A DNA stretch of 64,000 bases, filler included, from Stramenopiles sp. TOSAG23-2 (Eukaryota), in NCBI GenBank assembly GCA_900128395.1. It is 9 parts of 9 records of this genome, joined end to end, with 100 filler letters (N's around TTAATTAATTAA, not from the genome) between each part and the next. Parts side by side here need not be neighbours in the genome. Positions count along the whole stretch, not along the records: positions 8,757 to 17,383 come from LT650179.1; positions 17,484 to 26,107 come from LT650180.1; 7 more parts are not named here. One strand, written 5' to 3'. Within the stretch, counting starts at the first letter, position 1, and every line of letters begins with the position of its first letter. Under the pieces are notes generated by a model. The model searched no databases, was not told the origin of the DNA, and saw nothing but the letters and a program-made list of their open reading frames with translations. A program made the position numbers and the translations under genes. This document shows, in pieces, positions 11,455-22,532 of this stretch.

Positions 11455-12468
11455 TTACATAATACTGCATGAATCGCTCGTTTTACCTGCTTTTTTTACA
11501 TTCTCTGGTGCATCCAATGTACTTGATACTAAACCAGATCCTTTTGTTCTATCAATTTTTCCATCGGAGCGTAATAAATAAGATGCATGGTTCCCTGCAC
11601 ATACGTTGATATATTTTTGACTTGGTGGTGGATTCATTGTTTGTCCAACTTTAACACCTTTTGTAATTCGATCAACTGCGCCATCACTGCGAAGTAAATA
11701 GGTAGCATGTTGACAAGTAGAACCAGATACATATTTAACACCATTCATAGCGCAGTTCACGGTTCCAGCTAGTCCTGTTTTTTGATCACCAAAAGTTATC
11801 ATATATTTATCTGCTGCACCATCTGAACGAATAAAATAAATTTGATTTGGGTTTGTATCCACTTTGTCCGTAGTTATTCCCATTGAAAATTTTGTCATTT
11901 TTACATATTTAATGCTATCATCATTGCAATTTAATGATCCATTAATTTTGCCTTTACCTGATGAATAATCTACAACACCATCATCTCGTAAAAAAAATGA
12001 ACGACTACGTCCTGCCACGACTTGGGTATATCTTGCCTTTGGTGGTGAATCCATCGTTAATTCAACTTTACCTCCTCCTGTTGTTCGATCTACTTTGCCA
12101 TCATCACGCAAAAAATATGATGCAAATTGTCCTGAGGACATTTGCGTATATTTCACTTTTGGTGGGGGAGCAATTTCAGAGTGGATGCCTTTATTGACAG
12201 CTCTTACAATTACACCATCATCTCTTAACAAATAACTTGCATAATTACCTGCAGATGCATCAATGTATTGTGTCTTTGGAGCAGGTTCGTATTGTACAAC
12301 GAATTCGTTAGATCTTCCATGATCAACAGCACCGTTGGAATTAAGTGCAAGTATATGATATTCACATGAGTCTATAAAAGTATAAAATGTATCTTTTACT
12401 AGAATAGCTTCTACAACTATTGCGTCTGGTGCATCATTATTATCATTTGTTGTTACTAAGCTTGCCAT
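11455..12468 (-). CDS. RCC1/BLIP-II-like repeat protein with C-terminal CaaX
   Basis: ~43-aa repeats of the form YxxxSxGxxASYxLRxDGxVDR; ends in CSIM. Confidence 0.78.
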   Translation of the reverse strand: MASLVTTNDNNDAPDAIVVEAILVKDTFYTFIDSCEYHILALNSNGAVDHGRSNEFVVQYEPAPKTQYIDASAGNYASYLLRDDGVIVRAVNKGIHSEIAPPPKVKYTQMSSGQFASYFLRDDGKVDRTTGGGKVELTMDSPPKARYTQVVAGRSRSFFLRDDGVVDYSSGKGKINGSLNCNDDSIKYVKMTKFSMGITTDKVDTNPNQIYFIRSDGAADKYMITFGDQKTGLAGTVNCAMNGVKYVSGSTCQHATYLLRSDGAVDRITKGVKVGQTMNPPPSQKYINVCAGNHASYLLRSDGKIDRTKGSGLVSSTLDAPENVKKAGKTSDSCSIM

Positions 12469-13049
12469 TTATATTAGTTTTCTCTTGTTTTCTTTTTGTT
12501 TGTTGCTTTGTTTTCTTTTTGTTTTGTTGTTTTTTGTCTTGTTTTCTTCTTTTTCTGTGTTAGATTTTTCTGTGCATCTATATTCCGGACTAGCAACATG
12601 CAACATACTGTATATGCATATATTTCTATTAACTTTTGATGATGTGCGATGTGCATCATAATAAAAGTCCACCATCAGTAGTGGTACAGCCCAATACTAT
12701 TGCATGTTGTTTTAGTATTCTATTGTTCAATTAGGCGCATATTCAATATTTTTTTGATCAATCAATTGCACAATTCAGCTGCGCCGCGGCTTTTTTTTGC
12801 GGTGAGATGAACGACAAAGTCTAATAAGTCGGATATTTTTACTTTTTTTGGTATTATGTGAAATGGATAAAATGGGAAACATCAGTCTTCACACAAATCT
12901 ATACGTTATTATATTATATATCATAAAAATATATCAATAATATAATAATACAATATGATGTGTTATATATCATACTCAATATATTTTAATTTCACAAAAG
13001 TCTTGTATTATAAATTATTCTAGAACATAATAGAGTCAATATAGAATCA

Positions 13050-13724
13050 ATGAATAAATTAACACATGAAGAGGAAAAAATTCTGAAATATGGAAAGATA
13101 ACAAATACAATAGCAAAAGATATTGGGGAATTAATTGAAACTAGATTGGAAGAGGAAGAAATAACAATAGCCGTAGTAGTTGCACCACACTTAAAACATG
13201 AAGGTCCAGATATTGATAAATTGAAACAAAATTTAAAAGATCGTAAAAAGAATGTAAATAATAATTTAAAACACAACATGGCCATTAATTTAAACTCGTT
13301 AAATCCATTGGAACGACGAAAAATATTATCAAATATAAACCATAGAGTAAAAGGTATGAAAAAAAAAGTAGATAATGATTTAATGGAGTTACGACTAAAA
13401 GAAAGAGTCTGTGGTGTATGTAAAAAAGTTCGACTTGATTGTCGTTGTCAACATGAAATTGTTGAGGATGCCAAGCGTTCCGATCAATGTTTAATATGTT
13501 TTAATTTCAGTTCACGTGGTATTTTGCCGTTGCATCCATGTGGACATCGTGTAATATGTGATAAGTGTCTACATGATAGACCATTGTTGAGAAAATGTCC
13601 ATTAGATTATTGCAGAAGAGATATAATTAAAAAAGGTGCAAGATTATTACAAGAAGATTATCGTTCAAGGCATGAAATTAAAGGCAATAATAAATATTTG
13701 AATTTATTAGATGATTGGAAGTAG
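13050..13724 (+). CDS. C3HC4 RING finger protein (putative E3 ligase)
   Basis: CLIC...PCGHRVICDKC...CPLDYCR near the C-terminus. Confidence 0.75.
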   Translation: MNKLTHEEEKILKYGKITNTIAKDIGELIETRLEEEEITIAVVVAPHLKHEGPDIDKLKQNLKDRKKNVNNNLKHNMAINLNSLNPLERRKILSNINHRVKGMKKKVDNDLMELRLKERVCGVCKKVRLDCRCQHEIVEDAKRSDQCLICFNFSSRGILPLHPCGHRVICDKCLHDRPLLRKCPLDYCRRDIIKKGARLLQEDYRSRHEIKGNNKYLNLLDDWK

Positions 13725-14046
13725 CAAAATAGAATTGTACGTACTACGAACCTGTAATTATGTTTTTGTCTTTCAAGTAAGCCATGTGTGTAGACGAAAA
13801 TGTACACAGTAAAATATTATTTATTTTTACCAGTTTTAAGAATCTTAAAATAAAAAAAATATAAAAACACTACGCGTGTGTGAGTCGTATTTTTTTGTAC
13901 CTCTGTCCTGATGTGTGTGTCTGTGAAAAAAACATAAGAGATTTCTGATCACTATCATACCAAAGTTTATTATATCCCACATCACACAAATAATACGTAC
14001 TATACTAGATGACGTTCGGCGTCCCGGCCATAAATCTGTTTTTTGC

Positions 14047-15531
14047 TTATTTTTTTGCATCATCAACTTTGATTTCTTTCGTACTATTACTACTACTACT
14101 ACTACTATTTTTCTTTTTTTTGTCATCATCAACAGGTATATAACGTCCAATATTTTTCAACACTTCATTGACACTTTTCTCCATATTTAATGTATAAAAA
14201 TGCAATGCAGGGACACCATATTCAAGTAATTCTTTACACATATTGGTTGCTAATTCTATGCCATATTCCTGCACTCCAGCAGCATCTTTCTTCAACCGTT
14301 CCATTTTTTCAACAACTTCATCGGGTACACGACAACGACTAAAATCTTGAATTCGTTTGAATGAACCATAGGCAAGGATAATCATGATTCCAGGAACAAT
14401 TGGCACATCAATACCTGCTTCCCTGCATTTTTCTACAAAAGAAATGTACACGGAAACATCAAAGAAAAACTGAGTAATAATAACATTAGCACCTGCATCT
14501 ACTTTTTCTCTTAAATATTCAATTTCATGCTGATATTCCTCTTCGTGGCATACATAATCAGCATCTGGACGATGTATAATTCGTTTCTTTTCATCTTCCG
14601 TAAGCATTTTTGGATTGTCAATTTTCAAGATTTTACTTGGATGCCCTTCTGGATAACCTGACGTTTGTATAGAAAATTCCCAATCATTGTAATTTTCTCT
14701 CATATATTTGATTAAATCAATTGCAGATTTTAATCCTCCTTCCTCATCCTCCGTTGGATCTTTCGCTTCATTCCCACGCAATGCCAAGACATTATTGATT
14801 TTCAACAGTACACAATCATCAAGTGTCTCTTTTATGATATATTTATCCATATTAGTACATGTTAAATGTAAATTTGGAATCAATTTCCTTATTTTCATCA
14901 TTTTTGCTACATCAAATGAAACTTTTGCCGTCGAACCTCCAGCACCCCATGTAATAGAAGTATACAATGGTTTTTGTTTTTTCATACGTTCTAGTTTTTC
15001 GTACAGATTTTTTAAACTTTCAGTAGTTCGAGGGGGGTAATATTCAAAAGAAATTGCACATTTCGTTTCTGGTTTCGTCTCGTCATAATTGCTATCATAA
15101 TTTGTCAAAATATGATCAAGACGGGTATTCACATGGCCAGTAGTTGTTTGTTCATCTGTGTTTTCACCATCACCATTTCCTCCTTCTTCGTTATTATTAC
15201 TATTATTATTATTATTATTATTATCATCATTGTTCTCATTTTTCTCGCTTATATCGCCTTCTTGAACAACATATGCTGAACTGGTATTTTCATTCTTCTC
15301 ATCATTATTATTATTATCAGTGGTTGCATTTTCTTCCACATCCATATCATCTTTTGTTTCATTAATAACATTCTCACTTTCTCCATTTTTATCCCCGTCC
15401 GACTTTTCAACATTATCGTTATTACTATCATCTTTTTTTCCTTCATCATTATTATCATCATTTGCTACTACTACTACATCAATTTTTGTTTCTTCCTCCT
15501 CTTTCGTCGTCGCTTCTTCCGTGGATGACAT
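14047..15531 (-). CDS. MTHFR: Methylenetetrahydrofolate reductase, catalytic domain only, with acidic/Asn-rich N-terminal extension
   Basis: SFEYYPPRT, SITWGAGGST, HLTCTN, LALRG, GYPEGHP, KVDAGANVIITQFFFD, LHFYTLN. Confidence 0.92.
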   Translation of the reverse strand: MSSTEEATTKEEEETKIDVVVVANDDNNDEGKKDDSNNDNVEKSDGDKNGESENVINETKDDMDVEENATTDNNNNDEKNENTSSAYVVQEGDISEKNENNDDNNNNNNNSNNNEEGGNGDGENTDEQTTTGHVNTRLDHILTNYDSNYDETKPETKCAISFEYYPPRTTESLKNLYEKLERMKKQKPLYTSITWGAGGSTAKVSFDVAKMMKIRKLIPNLHLTCTNMDKYIIKETLDDCVLLKINNVLALRGNEAKDPTEDEEGGLKSAIDLIKYMRENYNDWEFSIQTSGYPEGHPSKILKIDNPKMLTEDEKKRIIHRPDADYVCHEEEYQHEIEYLREKVDAGANVIITQFFFDVSVYISFVEKCREAGIDVPIVPGIMIILAYGSFKRIQDFSRCRVPDEVVEKMERLKKDAAGVQEYGIELATNMCKELLEYGVPALHFYTLNMEKSVNEVLKNIGRYIPVDDDKKKKNSSSSSSNSTKEIKVDDAKK

Positions 15532-16001
15532 ATTTTTGTAGTAAATATATATACTATTATATTACTGCAAGTGATGTAGGTAATTATGTATATAAGTATA
15601 TATATATATATAGAGAGAGAGAGAGACAACTATTACAAACAAAAATGAACAATTATTATTTATACTAGTTTATTTCTTTTTGCCTGGTTTGCATCTCATT
15701 TTTTTGCACTATTCCTCTTGGCTAAGTAACTAAGGGATCTTGGTTATGTTTAAGTATTTTAGTCCGATATTTTATCAATACGTATAATGGAACAAAGCTA
15801 CAATGTTATACCTTAATAGTACAAATTTTGAACATTTTGCGGATAACAACAAAAATTGTACACACACATTAAAACATGATGTACACATCTTAAATATATT
15901 TTGACTATAAATACGTCATGATGTATTTACATAGAGTTAGATCCTAATCATATATTCATCTTGATTGAAATTTCACAAGTTAACACGTATTATTTCACAA
16001 A

Positions 16002-16558
16002 ATGGTTCGTGTATATGGAAAAGAAAATCGTAGGAAAACAGTGGATGAAATTTATTGTGAACAATATGCATTACATGCTGCTGTTCAAGATGGAAACCTA
16101 ATGTTAGTGAAATCTTTGTGTGAACAAGATGGGAACTTTTATCCATTAGATGATTCAAATAAAAATGCAAGAACTGGAACAGTCAATTGGAGTAACATNN
16201 NNNNNNNNNNNNNNNNNNNNNNNNNNNNNNNNNNNNNNNNNNNNNNNNNNNNNNNNNNNNNNNNNNNNNNNNNNNNNNNNNNNNNNNNNNNNNNNNNNNN
16301 NNNNNNNNNNNNNNNNNNNNNNNGGATGGGACAATCATTAATGTTAAAGACAAGGTTGCCGGGTATAGTGCACTACATTATGCAGCAAGAGATGGACATA
16401 TAAAAATTGCTCAATATTTAGCACAAAAAGAAAATATTTGGATAAATGCTCGAACAAGATTTGGCAATACTGCAGTTGATTTAGCAATGAATAATCACCA
16501 TTATAGATTAGCTAGAATGTTACAAAATAATGGTGGGCGCAATGGATCGAGAAAGTGA
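16002..16558 (+). CDS. Ankyrin-repeat protein interrupted by a sequencing gap (16199-16323)
   Basis: ALHAAVQDGNLMLVKSL before the gap. After it, my translation of another frame gives GYSALHYAARDGHIKIAQYL...GNTAVDLA, ending at TGA 16556-16558. Confidence 0.8.
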
Positions 16559-16825
16559 AGAATTATTAGTATATTAAAACGCAATGATTGTGTAAAGTGG
16601 GGGGTTTTTTAAAGAAAAATATTTTAAACATTTTAACATAAATATGTTTGGAGAGATTGGTGTTTTGAGTTTGTTAAATAAAAAATACAACCAGAAAGAT
16701 TGTTTTTATTTAAAATATAATTGTTTTTGAAAATTATAATATATTACAAAAATATTTTTAACTCACACGACAAACAAGATTTTAAATTTTTACACACACA
16801 CACACATGTAACCTATTTCCTCTCT

Positions 16826-17383
16826 TTAAACCTCTATTGCACGACTTAATTGTGAATATTTCAAATTAATTGTTTCTGTTCCATCTTCCCATTCTACAGT
16901 GTATTTCTTTTGTTTATGTTTACTAACATCAGTGACTTCTCCAAAATAAGTTTTTTTATCGGGCCAAACCATATATATACGTGTACCTATTTCGTATGAT
17001 GACTCATTGACTTTCGCAACACGTTGTCGTTTTGTATTATTCGTTAGTGTGGGCAATACTGCCACTTTGTTTGTTCTTTTTTTGTTTGTCTTTGGTGTTT
17101 GCTTCTGATTCTTTCCGTTTGATTTTGCCTTCTTTTTTTCTAATGTAGTAATAATAGAAAGATTTTTTGTCTCTGGAGACGTTGTTGTTGTTGTCGTGGT
17201 AATAGTATTATCTTTTCCTTCTTGTTCATTATCCCACATCAATTGACTTTGATAAAGCCATAGCTTTTTTAAAGGATGACGTAATAACCATCCATGGCCA
17301 TAATCTTCCCCATACGTATTTTCGAAATCCCATGCATCTTCAATTAATTGTCCAAAATTGCATCCTAGGTGTACAGGTTCATT
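16826..17383 (-). CDS. 5'-truncated protein with C-terminal Tudor-like domain
   Basis: Frame stays open to the contig end. C-terminus YEIGTRIYMVWPDKKTYFGEVTDV...YTVEWEDGT is Tudor-like. Confidence 0.6.
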   Translation of the reverse strand, partial: NEPVHLGCNFGQLIEDAWDFENTYGEDYGHGWLLRHPLKKLWLYQSQLMWDNEQEGKDNTITTTTTTTSPETKNLSIITTLEKKKAKSNGKNQKQTPKTNKKRTNKVAVLPTLTNNTKRQRVAKVNESSYEIGTRIYMVWPDKKTYFGEVTDVSKHKQKKYTVEWEDGTETINLKYSQLSRAIEV

Positions 17384-18190
17384 NNNNNNNNNNNNNNNNN
17401 NNNNNNNNNNNNNNNNNNNNNNNNNNNTTAATTAATTAANNNNNNNNNNNNNNNNNNNNNNNNNNNNNNNNNNNNNNNNNNNNTTGCACATAATATTAAT
17501 GTTGCAAAAAATGAGTGGAGATATTAAAATTGTACCTAACATGTACGTACAATATTCGTAGATTAATATATGTATTGTGCACGCGTATGTAATGAAATAA
17601 GATGAGATACATACGGCGGTACCACATTATTTTATTGTTTTTTTATTTAAATTTTTGTTTTATACGCGTATATAGATATGCATAAAAAATTATTTGTTGT
17701 TTCAATAAAGGATTTGCACATTTCGTGTATAAAAATTACTGTATGTTGATGGATGTCTATAATTTTATTAATACCACCATAACCTCACATCATTATTTAC
17801 TTTAAATATACTGTAACATCATAGATCAATATTAACTACAATATACGAAGTATTTATTATAATATTAATACTTCAATACACACTAACACTTCTGTGTGGT
17901 ATTAAAATTAAAATACAACAACGACACAACAAGCACACAACGACTCGACTGTATTTTTTTACGACACATTATTTATAATATTAATATTATTAATACCTGC
18001 TGTTTAGCTACTAATCATAACACACCAGTCACTAGATCGGTTTTCCGTTAAGGAAATTGCCTGACAACACAACATATTTTTGAAAATTCGTTATTTGTTA
18101 GCATTAAAGCCCTATTTTACAATACATAAAAAATATACTTAACCTAGGCACCTAGGTATCAGGTATCAACGAGAAATGAAACCGAGGTGT

Positions 18191-18697
18191 CCAAAATGTG
18201 CATTTACCAGCAGTCGTCCAGCAGTCTTTTTTTTAAGATCCAAAATAATAATAATTAATAATTGCACAATTCATATATATTATTATTATTGTGTAGTCTA
18301 TTTGTAATATTTAGATATACTGTATATCTATATATCTAAATATCACACCAAAATGTGCATTTACCAGCAGTCGTCCAGCAGTCTTTTTTTTAAGATCCAA
18401 AAAAAAATAATAATAATTAATAATTGCACAATAATTCATATATATTATATTATTATTATTGTGTAGTCTATTTGTAATATTTAGATATACTGTATATCTA
18501 TATATCTAAATATCACATGTCCTCGTATATGTATTTCAACACTTTAGTATATTTAATATGATAGTATACTGCATCAAAATGTAGTCTATTTGTAATATTT
18601 AGATATACTGTATATCTATATATCTAAATATCACATGTCCTCGTATATGTATTTCAACACTTTAGTATATTTAATATGATAGTATACTGCATCAAAA
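18191..18697. repeat. Overlapping tandem duplications (~160-bp unit x2, ~118-bp unit x2)
   Basis: CCAAAATGTGCATTTACCAGCAGTCG at 18191 and 18348; TGTAGTCTATTTGTAATATTTAGATATAC three times. Confidence 0.9.
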
Positions 18698-18703
18698 GTT
18701 ATA

Positions 18704-19969
18704 ATGTTATACAATGATAGCAATGCAACATCCATCAATGATAGAAGTATATCTAGATGCCCAGACCAAAACAGTATGACAATTTGTCCAGGCGCTAATA
18801 TAAATGAAACAGTACATGAAAACTTAATGGCAACGATACCTGAAGCTTATATGTGTTGGAAATATTTATTATTGGCAATATTTATGATTTTGGCTATTAT
18901 TTGTGTTAAATACATCGTAATATTTATCGGCGTTACCTATAGGAAGTATATGAAGCAGCAAAAAGGTAATCGTAATAGAAGGGGTGGATCAAAAAATTAT
19001 TCATTATTACATTTTATTTTTACTAAAACGTTCTTCAAATTGGCAATGATATTTGTAATAACTATCTTAAGATTTATATGGCTTTTAGATCCACATGCAA
19101 ATTCAAAAACGACTATACCAGGAGCGTTGTTTGGCAGAAAAGCACAAATACACGAACCAACGACCATGCCTTTGCTAACTGTGCCACAGTTGAGCTTCAT
19201 TTTGGTATTAATACTAGAAATAAATTCTTGGAAGCAAGTAGTAGATGCAAGCAAAAATTTACGACGAATGGAAAATACTTTTTGTAACATAAATAATTTA
19301 AAAATTGCTTTGTTTATATTTCCATTATTTGTTGTCATTGTCATCATTTTGGGTTGTAGTTTTGTAGGGCATACTGTATGGCAAAATCCAAATAGCGTTT
19401 GCCATTCAATCTGGAGTGTGTACTTTTTGATATTTCTTCTTTATATTATATGTTTAACGATTGGGGGATTTTATTATGCGCATAAGCTATTTCATATGAT
19501 AAAATTTATGGTAATATCATTTAAGCATCAACGAAAACAAAATCAAAATATACATGATAAAAGTGATGGCATCACAAGGAAAAAAGACAAATATTTAAAT
19601 AAAACTCGACGAATTTTCAAAGCCGTGGTCGTTCTTAGTCTTCTTGGAACATTGCTTATTTCTATGTTTATATTCCGCCAATTTGTTAATGTTTGTTGTG
19701 ACAAAGATCAAATAGATTCCAATATTCGTTATTTAATCTATATCACCGTGATACATTTTTCTGAATTTGGATTATTATGTGCTATTTTAAATTCAGTAAA
19801 AGTGATTGATTACGAGTCGAAAAGTCATCAAAGTGGAACGCATATACAGCTTTTTTCGAAAACAACTGGAATTGCTAGTAGCAATAGCGAAGAAGTTGTA
19901 TCAATAACAAACCCATTAAATAACAAAAGAAATAAAAATATGGCGAATAATCATGTAATGAGAATGTAG
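18704..19969 (+). CDS. Seven-TM membrane protein (GPCR-like, possibly TOM1/GPR137-type)
   Basis: About seven hydrophobic helices, N-terminal N-glycosylation sequons, basic loops; family assignment uncertain. Confidence 0.6.
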   Translation: MLYNDSNATSINDRSISRCPDQNSMTICPGANINETVHENLMATIPEAYMCWKYLLLAIFMILAIICVKYIVIFIGVTYRKYMKQQKGNRNRRGGSKNYSLLHFIFTKTFFKLAMIFVITILRFIWLLDPHANSKTTIPGALFGRKAQIHEPTTMPLLTVPQLSFILVLILEINSWKQVVDASKNLRRMENTFCNINNLKIALFIFPLFVVIVIILGCSFVGHTVWQNPNSVCHSIWSVYFLIFLLYIICLTIGGFYYAHKLFHMIKFMVISFKHQRKQNQNIHDKSDGITRKKDKYLNKTRRIFKAVVVLSLLGTLLISMFIFRQFVNVCCDKDQIDSNIRYLIYITVIHFSEFGLLCAILNSVKVIDYESKSHQSGTHIQLFSKTTGIASSNSEEVVSITNPLNNKRNKNMANNHVMRM

Positions 19970-20345
19970 TTGTTGCTTTTGACAGAAGATTATAAAATCA
20001 CTAGAAAAGAAGAAAAGTGCGTAAAAATTTAATATTTTAGCCCTCGTAAATAATACGTTCTCGTATATAATTTGTTTTTATTATATTATGATACGGAAAG
20101 TATGATATGATACCTGTGGTATTATCTGGTATATTTTATAAAGTAAAAAAAACTTTTTTCCTCTCTCTGAAAAGAACATCTCTACAGCATTTTCTGTATT
20201 TGAAAGATTTAAAACTTTATGTGAAAATCTAATTCATTAACTTTCATCGCATCTCCATTACAATTTAATCGTGTCTCTCTAAACAAACTGTTTACACTCA
20301 GCTGTTCTCAGGTTTTTGATATATATAGTATTGATACATGCAATT

Positions 20346-21866
20346 TTATAGATTAGAGACTGCAGCTTGATACGTCTCGAGCAATTTGGCAACGTAACCA
20401 TCAACTGTTTCTCTTGTTGTTGATGCGTCACTTCCCTCCATAAATTTAACAAAGTTTTCAATTGCAGCTTTTACTACTGGTTCATCACGATTTGCAGTTG
20501 CTGCAAGAAATAATTGTCTTGGGGTCGTTGTTGCAAACCCACGTCCTGGTGTAAACATTCCTGATGGATTTCCACTTCGCAAAAAGGTGAACATTCCACC
20601 AACCATATCATAGACTGTAGCTATCGAGCCAGGGGATGTATCTGTTTTGTAACAATCACGGTAATAATTTAATTTGCTACCTAGAAGTCCAGGAGTGGAA
20701 TAAAAGTAAACTAAAAAGTTAAAGCATGCGGCAGACCATTCAACAGACCCAGCATCTGAAACGTTCATATCAAGCATGGTCCATAAATTCCATTTCCAAA
20801 ACCATACGCGTGGTACATTTTTGACTGAATTCAAAGCTGGTATCATGTCTGCAAATTTGTTGTCCAATTGACTTTTCCAACTACTATTTGGATTATCTGC
20901 AACCTCGCACATTGCATGGTAATAAAACATTACAAGTTTTGCCGTACTTTGATTTGGAAGTGTTTGTTGCTGATTGGTTGCTAATCTTCTCAAAGCAACG
21001 CGTGCAGATAGATGTTCTCTTTGCATCAATCGACCAGCAATTTGATTGAAAATGTATACTGCTTGTCTTGCTGGGTCATCATTGCCAATCCATCCAGGCC
21101 CAAAATTGATACCAAGAACAGCATTTGTCTTTTTCATCCAATAAAGTACTTGTGGATAATCACGGAAACGATAAAAATACTTAATGATTGTATCTTGATT
21201 ACCACCATGTAATTGTGAAAGCGATGAATACGCAAAACCTGCATTGGCGCCTTCAAAAAAAGGTGCAAATGCCGCTCTTGCAGCATCTATACCTTCTTTA
21301 GAACGATAAGCTGCACCTGCTTTTTTAGCGATATCTTTATTTTGGGAATAAAAATTAAACATCGATCTTGCTAAGATTCCAAGTGTATCTGGATTGTCAT
21401 ACGTGGCATTCCAACGAATACCGGTCAATTGAAACCATTTAATAAATACCATACGAATGTCATAACTATAATTAGCATATTTCATTGCGTATTCCGTAAA
21501 TTTTGCAGGGTTATGAGCAAAACGACCAATAGCTGTGTTTCTGTCGAACGAGTCAATAGTTGTCCTCCAATAATTTAAAATGTTGTCTTGGGTAGCAAAA
21601 CCAAAACCATCTGGATTCAGAATCATCCTGGCCATAGCAAGATTACCAGGCTTTTTGGCATATCGATTGTTCAGCATATGAATAAACGCACCCCAAAATT
21701 GAGGCGAATCAATACTTGTATCAGGACTCAATGGTACATCAATACCATCCACATATGGAGATGGTGGTGGACCAGTAGTGGAAGGGTTTGATTGGTATAA
21801 GAATTCAGCAATACTTCTTGCTCTTGCATGCTGATCAGCGGGTTGTCCATCTGCTCTTGTTGCCAT
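20346..21866 (-). CDS. Uncharacterised 506-aa helical-repeat protein, paralogue A, ends SNL
   Basis: Long ORF with full-length colinear similarity to 22533-24068. Confidence 0.9.
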   Translation of the reverse strand: MATRADGQPADQHARARSIAEFLYQSNPSTTGPPPSPYVDGIDVPLSPDTSIDSPQFWGAFIHMLNNRYAKKPGNLAMARMILNPDGFGFATQDNILNYWRTTIDSFDRNTAIGRFAHNPAKFTEYAMKYANYSYDIRMVFIKWFQLTGIRWNATYDNPDTLGILARSMFNFYSQNKDIAKKAGAAYRSKEGIDAARAAFAPFFEGANAGFAYSSLSQLHGGNQDTIIKYFYRFRDYPQVLYWMKKTNAVLGINFGPGWIGNDDPARQAVYIFNQIAGRLMQREHLSARVALRRLATNQQQTLPNQSTAKLVMFYYHAMCEVADNPNSSWKSQLDNKFADMIPALNSVKNVPRVWFWKWNLWTMLDMNVSDAGSVEWSAACFNFLVYFYSTPGLLGSKLNYYRDCYKTDTSPGSIATVYDMVGGMFTFLRSGNPSGMFTPGRGFATTTPRQLFLAATANRDEPVVKAAIENFVKFMEGSDASTTRETVDGYVAKLLETYQAAVSNL

Positions 21867-22532
21867 CTTTTCTTACTCTTTCTTTTTTTGACTTATACTT
21901 TTGTTAGCCTTAAATTTTGAATTTATTCTTTGAAGTTGATTTTGAAATGTTTCTTTTTCTTATCTTTCTTTTTCTATATAATACTTGATTTTCTTTGGAT
22001 ATTCTGCATTCTTTTTTTCGTGCTCTTTTGTGGATGAGTTATATAGTGTGTATTAGTCTATATGTATTATTGTATTATAATTTTTTAAATTATAGCAACT
22101 TCTTGCTATATTGCTGCATTACAAAATTACAAAATATCTTTCACCAATTTTTTGTAATTCGTAGTTATAGTCTACCTGGTATGATATGTATTAATACCGG
22201 ATTTAGCCAAGCCTTGGGCAAGCCCTGGGCAAGCTCTTGGTTTGATCACCACACATCAGTCTTACACCCGGATTGGCTTTGGTATAGCATGCAAATACCA
22301 TTATGGTTTGTTAATGTGAATCAAAATTCACAACAACAACATCATTAGCAGTTGCATTATAATAATTAATAATTGAACCAACAAAATTAAAATCTATATA
22401 TATATATATCTGTATATATACTTTGTTGGGTAAAACAAAAGATAATACATTTTGTACAACAAATATCGGCAAAAAAAAACCAACAAGATTCAAAACATAC
22501 AAAAACACGAAAAATTAAGAAACAAAACAAAA
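21867..22532. promoter_or_regulatory. Putative bidirectional promoter of the paralogue pair
   Basis: 666 bp between divergent ATGs; central GC-rich core 22197-22280 with repeated CAAGCC(T/C)TGGG. Confidence 0.55.

Noticed and set aside
22452-22532. TTG-initiated N-terminal extension of paralogue B
   Set aside because: A-rich leader sequence; the paralogue alignment starts at ATG 22533.
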